Below are positions 1-13,146 of a stretch of DNA of 64,000 bases, in pieces; within the stretch, counting starts at the first letter, position 1; the number at the start of each line of letters is the position of its first letter. The position numbers and the translations under genes were made by a program. The DNA comes from Lingula anatina (Eukaryota; Animalia; Brachiopoda). The stretch lies in NCBI GenBank assembly GCA_051362555.1, contig CM120641.1:20646001-20710000 (forward strand), in the 5' to 3' direction. Under the pieces are notes generated by a model. The model did not search any database, had not been told where the DNA came from, and saw only the letters and a program-made list of their open reading frames with translations.

Positions 1-505
1 GATTGTAATCAACTTTTAAAAAGGCTGACAACAAACTGTAAACCTTGCAGGATGTAATGCAATGTGCACCCTCCTGTTTTGTAGACAGATTCATTTCAAA
101 TTTAAAACTGGTTTAGAACAGACGTATAAAAGATGTAGATTTAGACCACCACACACGCCTCATGTGGTCCTCACATAATTGACATTATATACTATTCAAT
201 GTAGATTTAGCAAAGATATAAAACGGGCTTTAAGCAATAAAAACACTTAAAGAAGGATAAACTCAATTAATGTTCTTTTGCTCCACTGCAGAATTAGTGC
301 ACACTGTAAACAAGTACCTAAAACTTAATAAAAATTAGGTTTTGATAACTAAAACATGGTTATAGAAAAGCAAACCATCAAATTAACTAAAGCTGGTTTC
401 CAGTGGAGATGGATAAATCTGTTTCATAGCAAGAAAGAAACAGTTAAAGCAATAGTTACTTCATTTTAGTGGTAACCTGCACATTTATCTTGCACTGAAA
501 CTGAC

Positions 506-3204
506 AACAAGGCAGCAAAGCTGTCAAATGTACAGACAAAAAGCAGGAAATAACAAAATAGGCTACTGTCAATTCTGATGTAAAAGTACATTATGTTAAA
601 CTGCAAATTCAACATCAAATTTTAATTATGCTCAACAGGTAATACCAATGTAAGTAAAATGTGTAACAAACATAAGGCTTCAGGCCCATGGGAGTTCAAG
701 TTCACCCTTTGAAAATGTAAAACTTCCAGAAAAAGAAGTCAATTAGACTGCTTTTCCAACTCAGGCTGCATTTTAGTTCTGTATTTCTTTTTTGAAAGTT
801 TGGCAATTATAAGTAACATGGTTTTCCCATAATGGTCATCATGGCAGCAGCACCCAAAATTGTGTTTTCTTCTATTCTGATGCAATATTACATAATGGTT
901 ACCAGCATAATGACAATCAATTTTGTAATAATAAAATATATGTATCATGGATTTTCAGAAATTGTGACAAGCATGGGTCTTCAAGCCTGTGGAACTTCAA
1001 AGTCACACCTTGAAAATGCCAATATGTGAAAAATTAAAATTTCACAAAAAAACTGTTTAACTGGCAGATTGCATTGCCTACTGAAGCTATATTTTAGTCC
1101 CATGTTTCTTTCCTGTAAGTTTGAGAACAGTAAGTGACATGGTTTTTCTTAAATGGTCATCATGGGAGCAGTGCCCAAAATAGGTTTTTTCAAATTTTGA
1201 TGCAATATTACATAATGTTTAACAGCATAATGACCATCAATTTTTAATAATAAAATATTAGTATCATGAATATTCAGAAAATGTGACTAGCAAAGGTCTT
1301 CAGGCCCATGGAACTTTAAAGTCACAACTTGAAAATGCCAAAATGTAAACAAGACAGCACTGTTCTGAAATGTTTTTTTTTTTCCATTTTTAACATTTTT
1401 TAACATAAAACAAAATTAACAGTTTACTGCCATTTTTATATGATCAACTAAAAAAATTGATGAGATGGGAAAAATATCAATGGAGCAGTGTTAAATGTCC
1501 AATTTCTTCCATTCTGAGATTCTGAACATAGTGAATGATTGAATCTGACAAATTGCAATGATATGAGTTTATTTCCATTTTCAAAACTTTATTACACAAT
1601 ACACGATAACAAATTAAACATCATTTTTATAAAATCAACTAACAATGTTGTAAAGATGCAGGAAATATCAAACAAACACTTTTATGTATCTTATTAATTA
1701 AATAATGAAACTGTTAACATGCCTAAGAACTGAATCTGAGAAAATGTGCAAAAAAAAAAAAAAAAAACATAACTTTTTAAATAATGGCCCAATTATGCTG
1801 ATCTTTTAACTCAACCTGCGTTTTAGCAGGATTGACCACTTCTGTGAGTTTAATGACAATTGGCCTATCTGTTTTTCTTATATTGTGTTTACAGTGTTGC
1901 ATATATGCTGAAAAATGAAAAAAAAAAGCATAACTACTAATATATTGGCCTGATCATGCCGATTTTCTAACTTGACCTGCGTTTTAGTAAGATAGATTAC
2001 TCCTGTGAGTTTCATGACAACAGGCATATCGGTTTTCCTTGGAATGTGTTTACAGTGTTGCATATATGCTGAAAAGTGAAAAAACAGCATTACTTCTACA
2101 ATAATGGCCCAATCATGCTGATTTTCGAACTTGACCTGCGTTTTATGAATATTCATCAGCTCTGTAAATATAAAGCCAAAAATTAAAACTGCCTTCCACT
2201 TATCGTGTTTACAATGAAGGTGCACGGCGCTGGCGCCGGAGATGACGGGGACGACAGACGCAGGTGATGGCAATATGTACAGACACATTTATATATATTT
2301 ACTGTACTGTTTGAGAACAGTAAGTGACATGGTTTTTCTTAAATGGTCATCATGGGAGCAGTGCCCAAAATAGGTTTTTTTCAAATTTTGATGCAATATT
2401 ACATAATGCTTAACAGCATAATGATCATCAATTTTTAATAATAAAATATTAGTATCATGGATATTCAGAAAATGTGACTAGCAAAGGTCTTCAGGCCCAT
2501 GGAACTTCAAAGTCACAACTTGAAAATGCCAAAATGTAAACAAGACAGCACTGTTCTGAATTTTTTTTTTTTTTTTTTCATTTTTAACAATTTTTAACAT
2601 AAAACAAAATTAACAGTTTACTGCCATTTTTATATGATCAACTAAGAAAATTGATGAGATGGGAAAAATATCAATAGAGCAGTGTAAAATGTCCAATTTC
2701 TTCCATTCTGAGATTCTGAACATAGTGAATGATTGAATCTGACAAACTGCAATGATATGAGTTTATTTCCATTTTTGAAACTTTATTACACAACACACGA
2801 TAACAAGTTAACCATCATTTTTACAAAATCAACTAACAATGTTGTAAAGATGCAGGAAATATCAAACAAACACTTTTAATATCTTATTAGTTTAATAATG
2901 AGACTGTTAACATGCCTAAGAATTGAATCTGAGGAAATGTGAGAAATATGCTGAATAGTGAAAAAACAGCATAACTTCTACAATAATGGCCCGATCATGC
3001 TGATTTTCGAACTTGACCTGCATTTTATGAATATTCATCAGCTCTGTAAATATAAAGCCAAAAAGTAAAACTGCCCTCCACTTATCGTGTTTACAAGGAA
3101 AGTGCACGGCGCCGGCATCGGCATCGGCATCGGCGACGGCATCGGCGACGACAGACGCAGGTGATGGCAATATGTACAGACACATCTGTGTCTGTACATA
3201 AAAA
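506..3204 (+). mobile_element. Non-autonomous Helentron-associated element (HINE / pearl-like) with internal tandem duplication
   Basis: Begins AACAAG plus a small hairpin (GGCAGCAAAGCTGTC) and ATGTACAGACA (528-538). Ends with a (GGCATC/GACG)-type microsatellite (3112-3156), a perfect 14-bp stem TATGTACAGACACA-TC-TGTGTCTGTACATA (3171-3200) and an A-run. The 5' motif is the inverted repeat of the 3' stem arm. No TSD is visible. Confidence 0.7.
1119..3185. repeat. Tandem duplication, period about 1.19 kb (copy 1 about 1119-2289, copy 2 about 2309-3185)
   Basis: GTTTGAGAACAGTAAGTGACATGGTTTTTCTTAAATGG occurs at 1119 and 2309, followed by near-identical sequence. Copy 2 lacks the extra internal subrepeats of copy 1 (about 1770-2060). 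A degenerate third head lies at about 800-1025. Confidence 0.92.
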
Positions 3205-6200
3205 TGTTTGGTCTGAAAGTTAAGACCAACTTTCAGTCTTGCAGTCTTATGTGAAATCAGCCCATGGGTAGGAAGCCAATCTTATGGCATACAACTTACC
3301 TCAACCTTTAAAAAAGGGTTTGTGTGGGACAAAAGAGGGATTGGAATTTCTCCCAATGGTGGGCTTATCATAATCAGACAGCTCAGTGACATGTGCAGTA
3401 ACAGTTCTAATTTAGACTGACCTATCTAGACTGGAAACAGACCTTCAGAGACATTCTCTTTCAGAGACTGTTCAAACAGTTTCTTAATCATTTTCATTCA
3501 TTTCTTAATTATAAATCATTTTCAAATTACTTACTTATGACTAACAGGTTGTTTTTTGAGCATATTAAATTTTAACTTGAACTCAAGATTGTAACACATC
3601 ACCTGGTCATGAAGTTGTATGTGTATGCAACTTTGAGTAGCATCAAAACAATCCAAATGATTCTGTTTTTGCAAATATCCACAGAAGCTAGGAAGACTTT
3701 GCTTTTGAAAAGGTCCATTCCATTTTCTTGAGCCTATCTTCTCCCTGTTGGACTGACAATTCAACTCAGCTGCCAACTCATTAATAAGAAAATCAAACTC
3801 CAATAATGTTGCCTCTATCATTGTTACATAAATCTATACAGAAGTATTAGAAATTCAAGAAGATCTCAAATACTGAAATACAATGCAAATCCTATTTCAT
3901 CTTGAATATTTGTAGAGCAAAAGATGTTGCTTGATACACTGTATTCCTCCTTTGGTAAACTATGTCTATTATCCTTGATTGACCTTAGAACATGCATTCG
4001 AATGTCCTGATAACTAAACAAATAATGACTGACAGACCGTAAAAGTCACAGCATGTCATTTTCACATATAATGTACTCGCTGTAGTGTCTTATCATTCCT
4101 TATTTTCCCATTTCCAGTCTCCCCTCAGGCAAAGCATGTCCTCTCACAGATGTCCTCAGAGTTTCAGAGACCTTCGCTTTATTTACATATAATCTGCTGG
4201 ATGACAGACGGCTCCTAGCAACAGACCACTTCCTGAATCACACTGTTGCTAATCAAACACAGGCTGTCATTTCCCAGAATTATTCCCCAGAGGCCATATT
4301 TCTACACATTCATAGAAACAATTACGCCAGGCAATACCACAGAATATTCTTTCAATGGTGCCTATGGTGTCCCCAGTTCGTCATTCAATTTCCGCAGGCA
4401 TTTCAACAGCATTATTTCCTTGAGGATCTATAATGACACATTCAGATAATGCCTTCCTATTTCCAGGTTCACCTCAGACTACCTCCACAGAATAACAATG
4501 GGTGATCCGATAAACTAATATTTCGAAGGAATGTCCCCACCCTCCCGTCATCTAGCCTTTCATTGCAAACATCAGCCATGCAGCAGAGGCAGAAAGCCTC
4601 ACACTGCCTGGCAACAACAGCGATTTCTACAAGCGACATGTGAACTGGAATCTTAACAGGAATCCTTGTATTGCCACTGAAACAGGTGTTTCATTTGTGC
4701 AAGGGGTAAAAGGTTTGTTTCACAATGACAGCAATGCTAAATGGGGGCAGTTTTAGAATTCCTATTTATTGTGTCATTGCAAAGTACAAGACTTCAGGGG
4801 TCATTGCTAGTACAATCCACTGGTGCATGGTATGGTGACAATTCATGGGAAACATTAGGTCTAAATTTGAGTAAATATGTACGTACTTCCCCAACCAAAA
4901 ACCCAATTAGTAATCATAGAATTATTTTGGTTCTTTTGAATATTACATGTCTCAACCACTGGACCTGAAGAAATCCATGTTTGCCAAATGGACATGTATA
5001 CATATTAGTACAAACCAAGTGTGTGGGTCTATGTGGCTTTAAGAACATTCTTGGACAACATTAGCATTGAATGTTTTGTAAATATGAAAACATACCCCCA
5101 CCACATATCCGGTCTATTAGATGTATTATCTTTGTGGCAGAGAGAAAAAACCACCAGTTGACATGCTTTGACTTGGAGATGTGAAAATTTGTTATTTCTT
5201 ACATAGATGTAAAAATAATCTCGACATTCATGTGAAATTGATAAGTAAATGAGAAAAATACCTTTCTTAAAGTTCTCAATAAAAGATGAAATAAAAACGT
5301 GAACCTCTGATATTGGACAGAGACAGATCAAGAAAATAACCTTTATCATCATTTCCTCTATAGCATCAATTTCACCCAAGCTTCCAAACAATGTATTATT
5401 CAACACCTTGCAATACAATATTCATCTTCAATACACAAAGCTGTTATCACAAACACACCAATATCCATCCATTCAGACACCTGCTTCATCCTAACTTTTC
5501 TTTCACTAAAACCCAATGTAGTATAGATCACAGGCTATTAGGAGTGGTCCTTGGGTTTGTTCACATAAGCAATCAGGTACATCTACCTATAATCAGTTTT
5601 CAAGCAGTCTTAACAAATTGGGAGATAATGACAACATTATAGCACATTTAACTGAGTTAGCAGCTTATGGTCAATCTTTTATATCCAGTTTTGACTAAAT
5701 GAGATAGTTATGTTTTCAGTAACTTAACTTTCATTTGCTAGGTTTTCACAAATTCCAGACCAGTTTGGAACCGCTATAAAACTGGCTCTATGTGAACTGC
5801 CCTAATGTGTCCTAGGATTGGTCTGAGAGCCACTATTACCTAGATATGGGAGCACAGGAGAGGAATGTACACACATTTAAGTTATATAGTATTGATTTCC
5901 AGGAAATGAGGTTTTTAAGGCTTGGTCATTCAGTCTGCATCATGATTACCTGGATTTCAGAGGAACATTGCACTTCCGATGAACTCCGAGACCAGACATA
6001 CAAGTAAACATTGAGATCTAGTGGAGGTTATTTCTAGGGAGCTAAAATACTCAAGCTTATATTCACAAATTGGTTTTATAAATTATGTACCAAAATTTAT
6101 TATAAAACAAATAAAAAATACATTTAAGGATTTTTCCTTAATATGCAACACAAACTTTTTTCACTGCATTAAGTGCAATAAAATTCTGTAAAAACTTTGT

Positions 6201-7033
6201 TAGCATCTAGGTTTTCATCCACAAATACTGTCTTCTCTTAGTTTTCTTTTCTTTCTGAATCAGCCAAATAAACTCAAATGATACTAATTCCATAAGAAAA
6301 TAAATGAACAGTTACCCTACCTGTATTAGCTATATGGCCAGCATGTATGCAGTACTTGTGCAGTTAAAACCAACTGCTAACTGCAAATGCATGTCAATCA
6401 TTGGATGTTTCACAGAAACCAGAAAAAGCAACATAGACTTACTAAAGTAAATACAAGAACGTTCCCAATTGGTAAAACAATTCCATTTGACACAAAAATG
6501 GAAAATTATGCAATTTTGGTTGATTTGCCATTATTTTGGAAAAAAAAAGATTGGTCAGGCTCGAAATGTGAATTGACTAGATAGGTGAATCCAGCATAGA
6601 GCCCATGCTGAGAAATCCAACTGACTACTGGAAACAAATGCCAATCACATGTAATTCCTTGAAACCAGTAAGACACACTGCTGTAAAATGTTCAGCAATG
6701 AATATATGATTTTTATCCCATAACTCATACCTCATAAAAACTCTGCTGATTTGTCCCCAATTTGAAAAAATAAAATAAAATGAACCTTATATGCTATAAC
6801 TCAAGGGACCAGCATTCATTCAGCCAGGACAGCATTCATTCAGCCAAGTTAATGTTAATGGACTACAGCAATCATGGATTACTACTGTTCCAAACAGTGG
6901 AAATTTCCTAGAAACCAGCATAAGGCAAATAGGTATTGCCAGGTATGGTTCTGAAAAGGTTGAAATGGCAGAAACAGCAGTATGGTGGTCAGTACCTTAA
7001 ATTTAATCACTTAAAACAAATGGGAGGCATATA

Positions 7034-7582
7034 CCCTGTTCACACTACAGTTGCCAAAATGCGCATTTCTATAATTCGGATTTTTCGTAAGGAATCCGAT
7101 TCGGTATTGCGTTCACACTCGCTAAGCGAATCCGAATCCCACGTTGAAAATTTCAGGTTTAACTTCCTGTTTTGAACACTCGCGCATGCGCCGCACAGGA
7201 AATCTTAATATATCAACAAAAATTTGTGACGACAAATGCAACTCAAAAGACATTCCAGCATTCTTGAGAAGTATAAGGTGGCAAAATAAGTTTGTTTCCT
7301 CATGTTGTAGTGAGTGGTGACCTCCAAATACGTTTGGTGCAATCGCTAAAGTAATAAACCAGCGAACATAGATACCCGCACTTATCTGCACACATGCGCA
7401 GTAAGATCTGTACAGGTGTCGATCCCGGTAAGTTATCCGGATCGCGCTTAGAAATCCACCTCGCTTGCAGGATTTTGAAAATGCGCATTTTCAAAATCCT
7501 CTTGCGTTCACACTACTGCATTTATTCGAATTGTGACCTAATTCGCAACTTATCCGGATAACTGAGCGTAGTGTGAACGGGG
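7034..7582. mobile_element. MITE, about 550 bp, PIF/Harbinger-like ends
   Basis: TIRs TACCCTGTTCACACTAC (7032-7048) and GTAGTGTGAACGGGGTA (7568-7584), one mismatch, with TA at both junctions. The interior is CpG-rich relative to the flanks and repeats GCGTTCACACT and AAAATGCGCATTT. Confidence 0.8.
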
Positions 7583-10500
7583 TAATAGATATTAAAATCT
7601 GGATATCTACAATTTGATGATTCGGTGAATGAAAAAACAAAAGAGGATACTCTTCAAATCTCATGTCAGGCAATTCCAGTTGACATCATGTCAATTTTCT
7701 AGTGCACAATAGTATAGCCCTATTAATTTTTATAATTAACTCAGTAATGGGCAACACTGGCCTGTATATACACAAACTTTTTTGAAAAAATGAACTGTAA
7801 CACATTGCAGACTCAGCTTTTGAGTGCAGATACAGAATTGCCTTCAGCACTCATATCTATTACTGTCCAGTTCTATCATCAGAACTACCTCTGCCAACCT
7901 TAATTAGATTAGGATCGGGCATTGCTAATCACCACCTTTCAACAGTCACTTCAAAGCTAATTGCAGGCACTGTAATTGCCATTTCTCATACTGCACAGCC
8001 CAGAGGCCAGCTGAAACACTGAAAATTAAAATCACTCAGACTGACTTTTTTTTTTAAAAAAGCCTAACCCCCTGGATGAAAAAAAAAGGGAAATATATTT
8101 TTGTTCAGCTATTTTTCAAGTGGTTAAGAATAACATGTGGAAACCACTTGTCCATAAAGAAATATGTTGAAGCTAGTTCAAAGACTATTATTCTTATGTT
8201 TTAACTCGTATAGCTTCTTTTTTTATTCAGTAATACCACAATCACATAAAACCTACTCTTACATAATACTGTTTTAGAAAAATAGCTGAAAATGTTTAAC
8301 CAGCTTTAATTTTACATAACAACAATAAATAGGCATAAAACTCAATTATTTTTCAAAGAACAAAGAAAATCTTCATCCCCTGGTGGAAGTCCTACACACA
8401 TACAGAGAAATGATTGAGCCTAGAATTTCTGACCAGAGAAAAACTTCATCCCAAGCTCACAAAAAGAGCTGACTAGAGGTTTCCCTAATGTAAATATGCC
8501 TTCAAATCATCATTTTGACACAGACAGATAAATGTCAAACAAAGGACAGAAACCCGCAGGTAAAAACCAGTTTAACTCCCTCAAAGTAATAACAGGCCTT
8601 TCAAAAACAGTGAAATGAAAAACTCTGTATCTGCTAATGTTTACATAAAAATCCCACGACTTTGAAGTGGGGAATTAGCCATTCCTGTGGAATCCTAACA
8701 TAAAAGCATGCTGACTTTAGTCACGATCTCTAATATTTTCCTCCCATCACCTAAAACAACACATAACCCTGCTTGTCCAGATGAACAGAGAGAGAGACAG
8801 ATACATTCCAGACACTGACAGTTCTTCTCTAACTAACAAACCACATCATTTTCTCCCTGGCTACACCAGTCAATTTCATTACTTCTGCTCTGTTGGAAAG
8901 GCTACTTACATTCTTGACTCTGGATTCCTTCATTTCCCCCCTGAATATTCCCAGTACAACTTCAGCAGTCTCTGAGCCTGCGGACTGGTCTGAAATAACT
9001 GCCTACTTTCTTACACCTTTAGTATGAGTAATAAAGAAAGTGACATAGAGTTCACTATTATTGGGATGATCCACAGAGGAACCAGACCTAGTCCTAGCCA
9101 AAAATAGCTGCCTAGCTACTAACAAAACCCCATAACCAAGGATAGACCGAAACTTCTGCCAATCCCCAAAACAAACCACAAACAAGTTTACCACATGGAG
9201 GAAGCCATAATCCAGACCCCATATCACCCTGGACTTGACAAATGGCAGCCCGAGTCAAAACTATGGCTACATTCATGTCAGAAAGCTCGAACATTCATCA
9301 AACTGTTTGGATTATTCATAAAGCAATGTTTGTATCTTTGGGTTCATTGATATATCTATCTTTCGGTTCACTGCCTCAGAAAATAATGGAGTCTGTATCA
9401 TATCCGAGGGATTTATAAGCATAAATATATCTCAATCAAAAGAGTGCCCAGTTACAAATTAACATGTCAACAATTTCCTGAAACAAGAAATTACTTTGTT
9501 CAAGTTAATTTCCATAGACTTAGATAAAGTACACTTATCATAAAATAAAAAATGTATTCCCAGCTGTTGAGTCCAGAATAGCCATATATGAATTTAAGAG
9601 AATGAAATTATTTGTCCTGACATGAAGAATAACTGCCATTTTCAGGAGCATTTGAATTAGTAATCCCCATAATAACTACTGTATTAAAGATCTTTCTTCT
9701 TAAAAAACTATTTCTTTGGGATCAAACTGAAGCAGGTTCTTTCCAGTGATTTGGTATCTAAAATAATTTAGAAACTATCTGAAAGCATACGTGTCTGAAA
9801 TGGCAACCGTTGGCAAAACAAAATAAACATCCCTCACAGGACATCTCAGATTTTTCCTTTTTTTCTTCAAAAATTACACTCCTATAAAAAATAATTTGAA
9901 ATTGAGCAGAACATTGAATTGTTATGCACTGTGGAGTTATACGTTATGAGTAGACTGTGATTTTCACTGAAAACTGTACATTCCATCTCAGCTGCAGTGA
10001 TATCTATCCAGAGCTCTGGCCATATCACTGCAACTGTGGACCCTACACAGAAATTGAAGAGAAGGAGATCAATGAGGGGGTCTGGGGACTGGCAATCAAT
10101 AAACAGTGCTGTAGTTTTGGGTGGACTTTTTTCAAGTAGAAAAAACAATACAATACTCTGCCTTTTCTTTGTTGCTGATTTCAGTATAAGTACAGCATAC
10201 AAGCATATGAAAATTTAGAAATTCTTTGAAGGAAAATTTTATCTACTCAAATGAAGTCTGAAATGGTAAACACAAAAACCCCCTTGACATAAAAAATAAA
10301 ATGAAAAAGTCTTGCCAAGGAATAAAATTAATTTATTATGTCTATAAAATTATGAAAAGAAAGTCTTTAGTTTGACTAACATTTTTTTTTCATTTGAATA
10401 TATAATTTAGAATAGATAATTTGATAAAAGCGAAAGTAGGATGGTAAGAGCCCAGTCAAAGCAGATGTATGGATTTTCAAGATGCTTAGTTCCATTATTG

Positions 10501-11872
10501 TATCAACTTCCGACTTGTTTCACATTTATGATGAGATAACTGGACAGTTTATCAGAACCAGCAGACATACCAAATTATTCACACCAGCTTGCCATACATT
10601 AATCAATATATATCATCTCTGTAGAATTGCTGAAACACATTGGGTGTTGTCTACTGCTTTCATCTTTTCTTGCAGGAATTGTGTAAGTTATTCAAACTAG
10701 AACTTGCCCACAGGACATAAAGTTAACTCTCAAAACATCAAAAACCTTTCATGTATTTTGAATCGATTTTTTCTTGGAAGGCTTTATAGCAGACAATTAC
10801 TATATATTTGGTGCTTTAACTATTTTGTCCCAACAAGCAAATTTACTCCAAAATATCAAATTCCTATTATACATTACAGAAATACATAAAATATTCATTT
10901 GTCTACTGTATTCAAAAGAGCAAAGCGATTTTCATTTATTATAATATAATGACACTGCAACCAACTTTTACAAATAAAATTCATAGGAAATATCTTGAAA
11001 GGATCAGCCTGTACAGGGTGTACTTCCTCCAGCTCTGCGAGACTACAAGTTGATTCTCATGTATCACTAACTACACAGAGTCAGGTACTTAAGCATGTGC
11101 ATGAGCAAACATTGCTATTTCATTAACTCTTCCAGACTGAAAAACTAATAATCTTCAACTCTTCAAAAACTCCCAGTAATAGGCCACTTTAATCCCTGGA
11201 TTCACCCAATCTGCTCCCCAATCTGCATAACTTGTGAATATAATTCCACGAAATATTCAAACAAACTTCGTCTGAAGGAAGGTTTTGTAAAAATTACAAA
11301 CAGAAAGTAGACAGCTCACAGCAAACTTCACATCAAAGGTAAACTAATTGAAAGCAATGCAGAAGTGATTAGTTGAGCCGAGGCAGGTGAATGAAATGCA
11401 AACCACACCTGACACCAAGCACTGGTGAGGTGCAATCAAAAGAGAAGAAGTGCAGATGAAACAGACAGCAGTAAAACCAACGACTTTTCAGGCATGCACA
11501 CTGCTTAACTGAAATCAGATGCAACACACAAACACAGTGAAAAGCTGTTAAAAATCAAACAGAAAGAACAAAATTGAAAGCCACAATCAAGCTAGCTAAA
11601 GATGTGAACATCATGTTACCTCCTCAGTGTGATCTTTTCCATAATTCTTCTCCTGTCCACAATAGTTCAGAAAGTTAGATGGCACATGCATGCATGTTTG
11701 TTCATGTGTGCATGCATGTGAAAGTTAAGCAAGTACATTTGTAATGTATGTGTGACATGTATTATGTCCTTATAGACGTTTGTACATCTGTGTCATGAAT
11801 AATTTTCTTGAACACGAACACACACTCATGTACACAAGTGCATGTGCGTGCCAACACATGTGCACAACTCAC

Positions 11873-11950
11873 CAACAGGTAGGCCGACAGTCTCTTGCCT
11901 ACAGGAGTGTAGGTGCCACTGTCAGAATCATCCTGCGAATCAGTCTCCAT
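11873..11950 (-). CDS. Probable first coding exon of an unidentified gene (METDSQDDSDSGTYTPVGKRLSAYLL); downstream exons not identified in the window
   Basis: ATG in good context (AGCATGG), protein-like 26 codons, phase-0 GTGAGT donor at 11872. It lies at the 3' end of a probable exon starting at an AG acceptor at 12500-12499. Confidence 0.55.
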
Positions 11951-13105
11951 GCTGTCTTAATCTACGCAACAACACCCTCCTTTCCTTCTGTCAAGTCATC
12001 ACTGCCATACCGTGAATTCTATGCACAGAATATAGTGAATCATATATAATCTTGACTAAAACCCTGCAGCCCCACTAGTAAAAGTCTCATGTGAATCATG
12101 GATTCAGCCACTCGGGGAGGAAGGATGCTGTTAATTGCTTGAGTGGTAGAGTCCAAATTGCATTTGTGATACTGCAGCTTATAAGAGCTTCTACGGATGG
12201 ATAGACTGATGGTGGACCCCACAATTTGTTATTGGAATCACTCTAGTGAGATATAGCTAAAAGCAAGCAGCATATATATTTCTAGTTGGTAGTGGCAGCT
12301 TAAGCATTAACCTCACTGCTGGGCAAGTAATTTTCTGAGAGCTTACTGTGAAATACTTGGAGCTGTAGTAATCTGGTTCTTGTGGACTGCTGACAGGGTT
12401 CTGTGCCATTGTTTTCACTGCTGGTGATGACAACCCTCTTTACTGTTGCAGCCAGTATTGGAGAATTCTTCATCAAAAGGAGATGCTGTGATCTGGATCT
12501 TTAAATATAAGAAAATATTGTTTATCATAAATTATCTATATAAATCTTTAATGTTTTGGTTTTGTAAAAGGTTTATTTTTACTTAAATGTGAGCATATTT
12601 TGTATCCAATTTAAAATGGCATTATTATAAAACAATTTTTTGTTAAATAAGTCATTGAAAAATCAATTAAAGGGACTCCTTTCCTCATGCCGCATATGTT
12701 ACATGATAAAATTTTTTCAAATAATACTCTCCATAAGTGGATATAATGTATCTATCCTCCCTAGAAACATCTTGAACTTTCCCATTGCACTATGAATGTC
12801 TATATCTTCTTCTCTTCACTAATTGTTTAGCATATTGACCAGACCAAATGTAACACAAATGTCACCTCCTCAACGGGGATTTTTCCTAATGGCTAAGTGT
12901 ATGTTTAGGAACTCTGTATTGATTAGGATGACTGGAGTTACAACACCCCAGGAACTAGGCATACATCCAAATTCCTTGTATATTGTATGTGTCTGCTTGA
13001 TGATGATGATAATGTATTCATGAAGCCAATGATAGATTTTAATAAGAGTTATACACTATCTAATATGCTGTTAATATATCTTTAATATATCTATTAAAGA
13101 GTTGC

Positions 13106-13108
<3 letters not shown>

Positions 13109-13144
<36 letters not shown>
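13109..13144. repeat. (GA)n microsatellite
   Basis: Direct inspection. Confidence 0.95.

Positions 13145-13146
<2 letters not shown>

Noticed and set aside
1878-3229. ORFs of 136, 89 and 63 aa on the minus strand
   Set aside because: They lie inside the duplicated non-autonomous element and its GGCATC microsatellite, with no transposase or other protein motifs.
3300-3392. Minus-strand ATG...GAG|GTAAGT segment (MSLSCLIMISPPLGEIP...)
   Set aside because: Could be an alternative exon of the left-hand gene, but the peptide is unrecognisable and there is no supporting evidence.
9003-9294. Overlapping minus-strand ORFs of 74 and 60 aa
   Set aside because: No recognisable motif and no convincing splice pair; treated as intronic.
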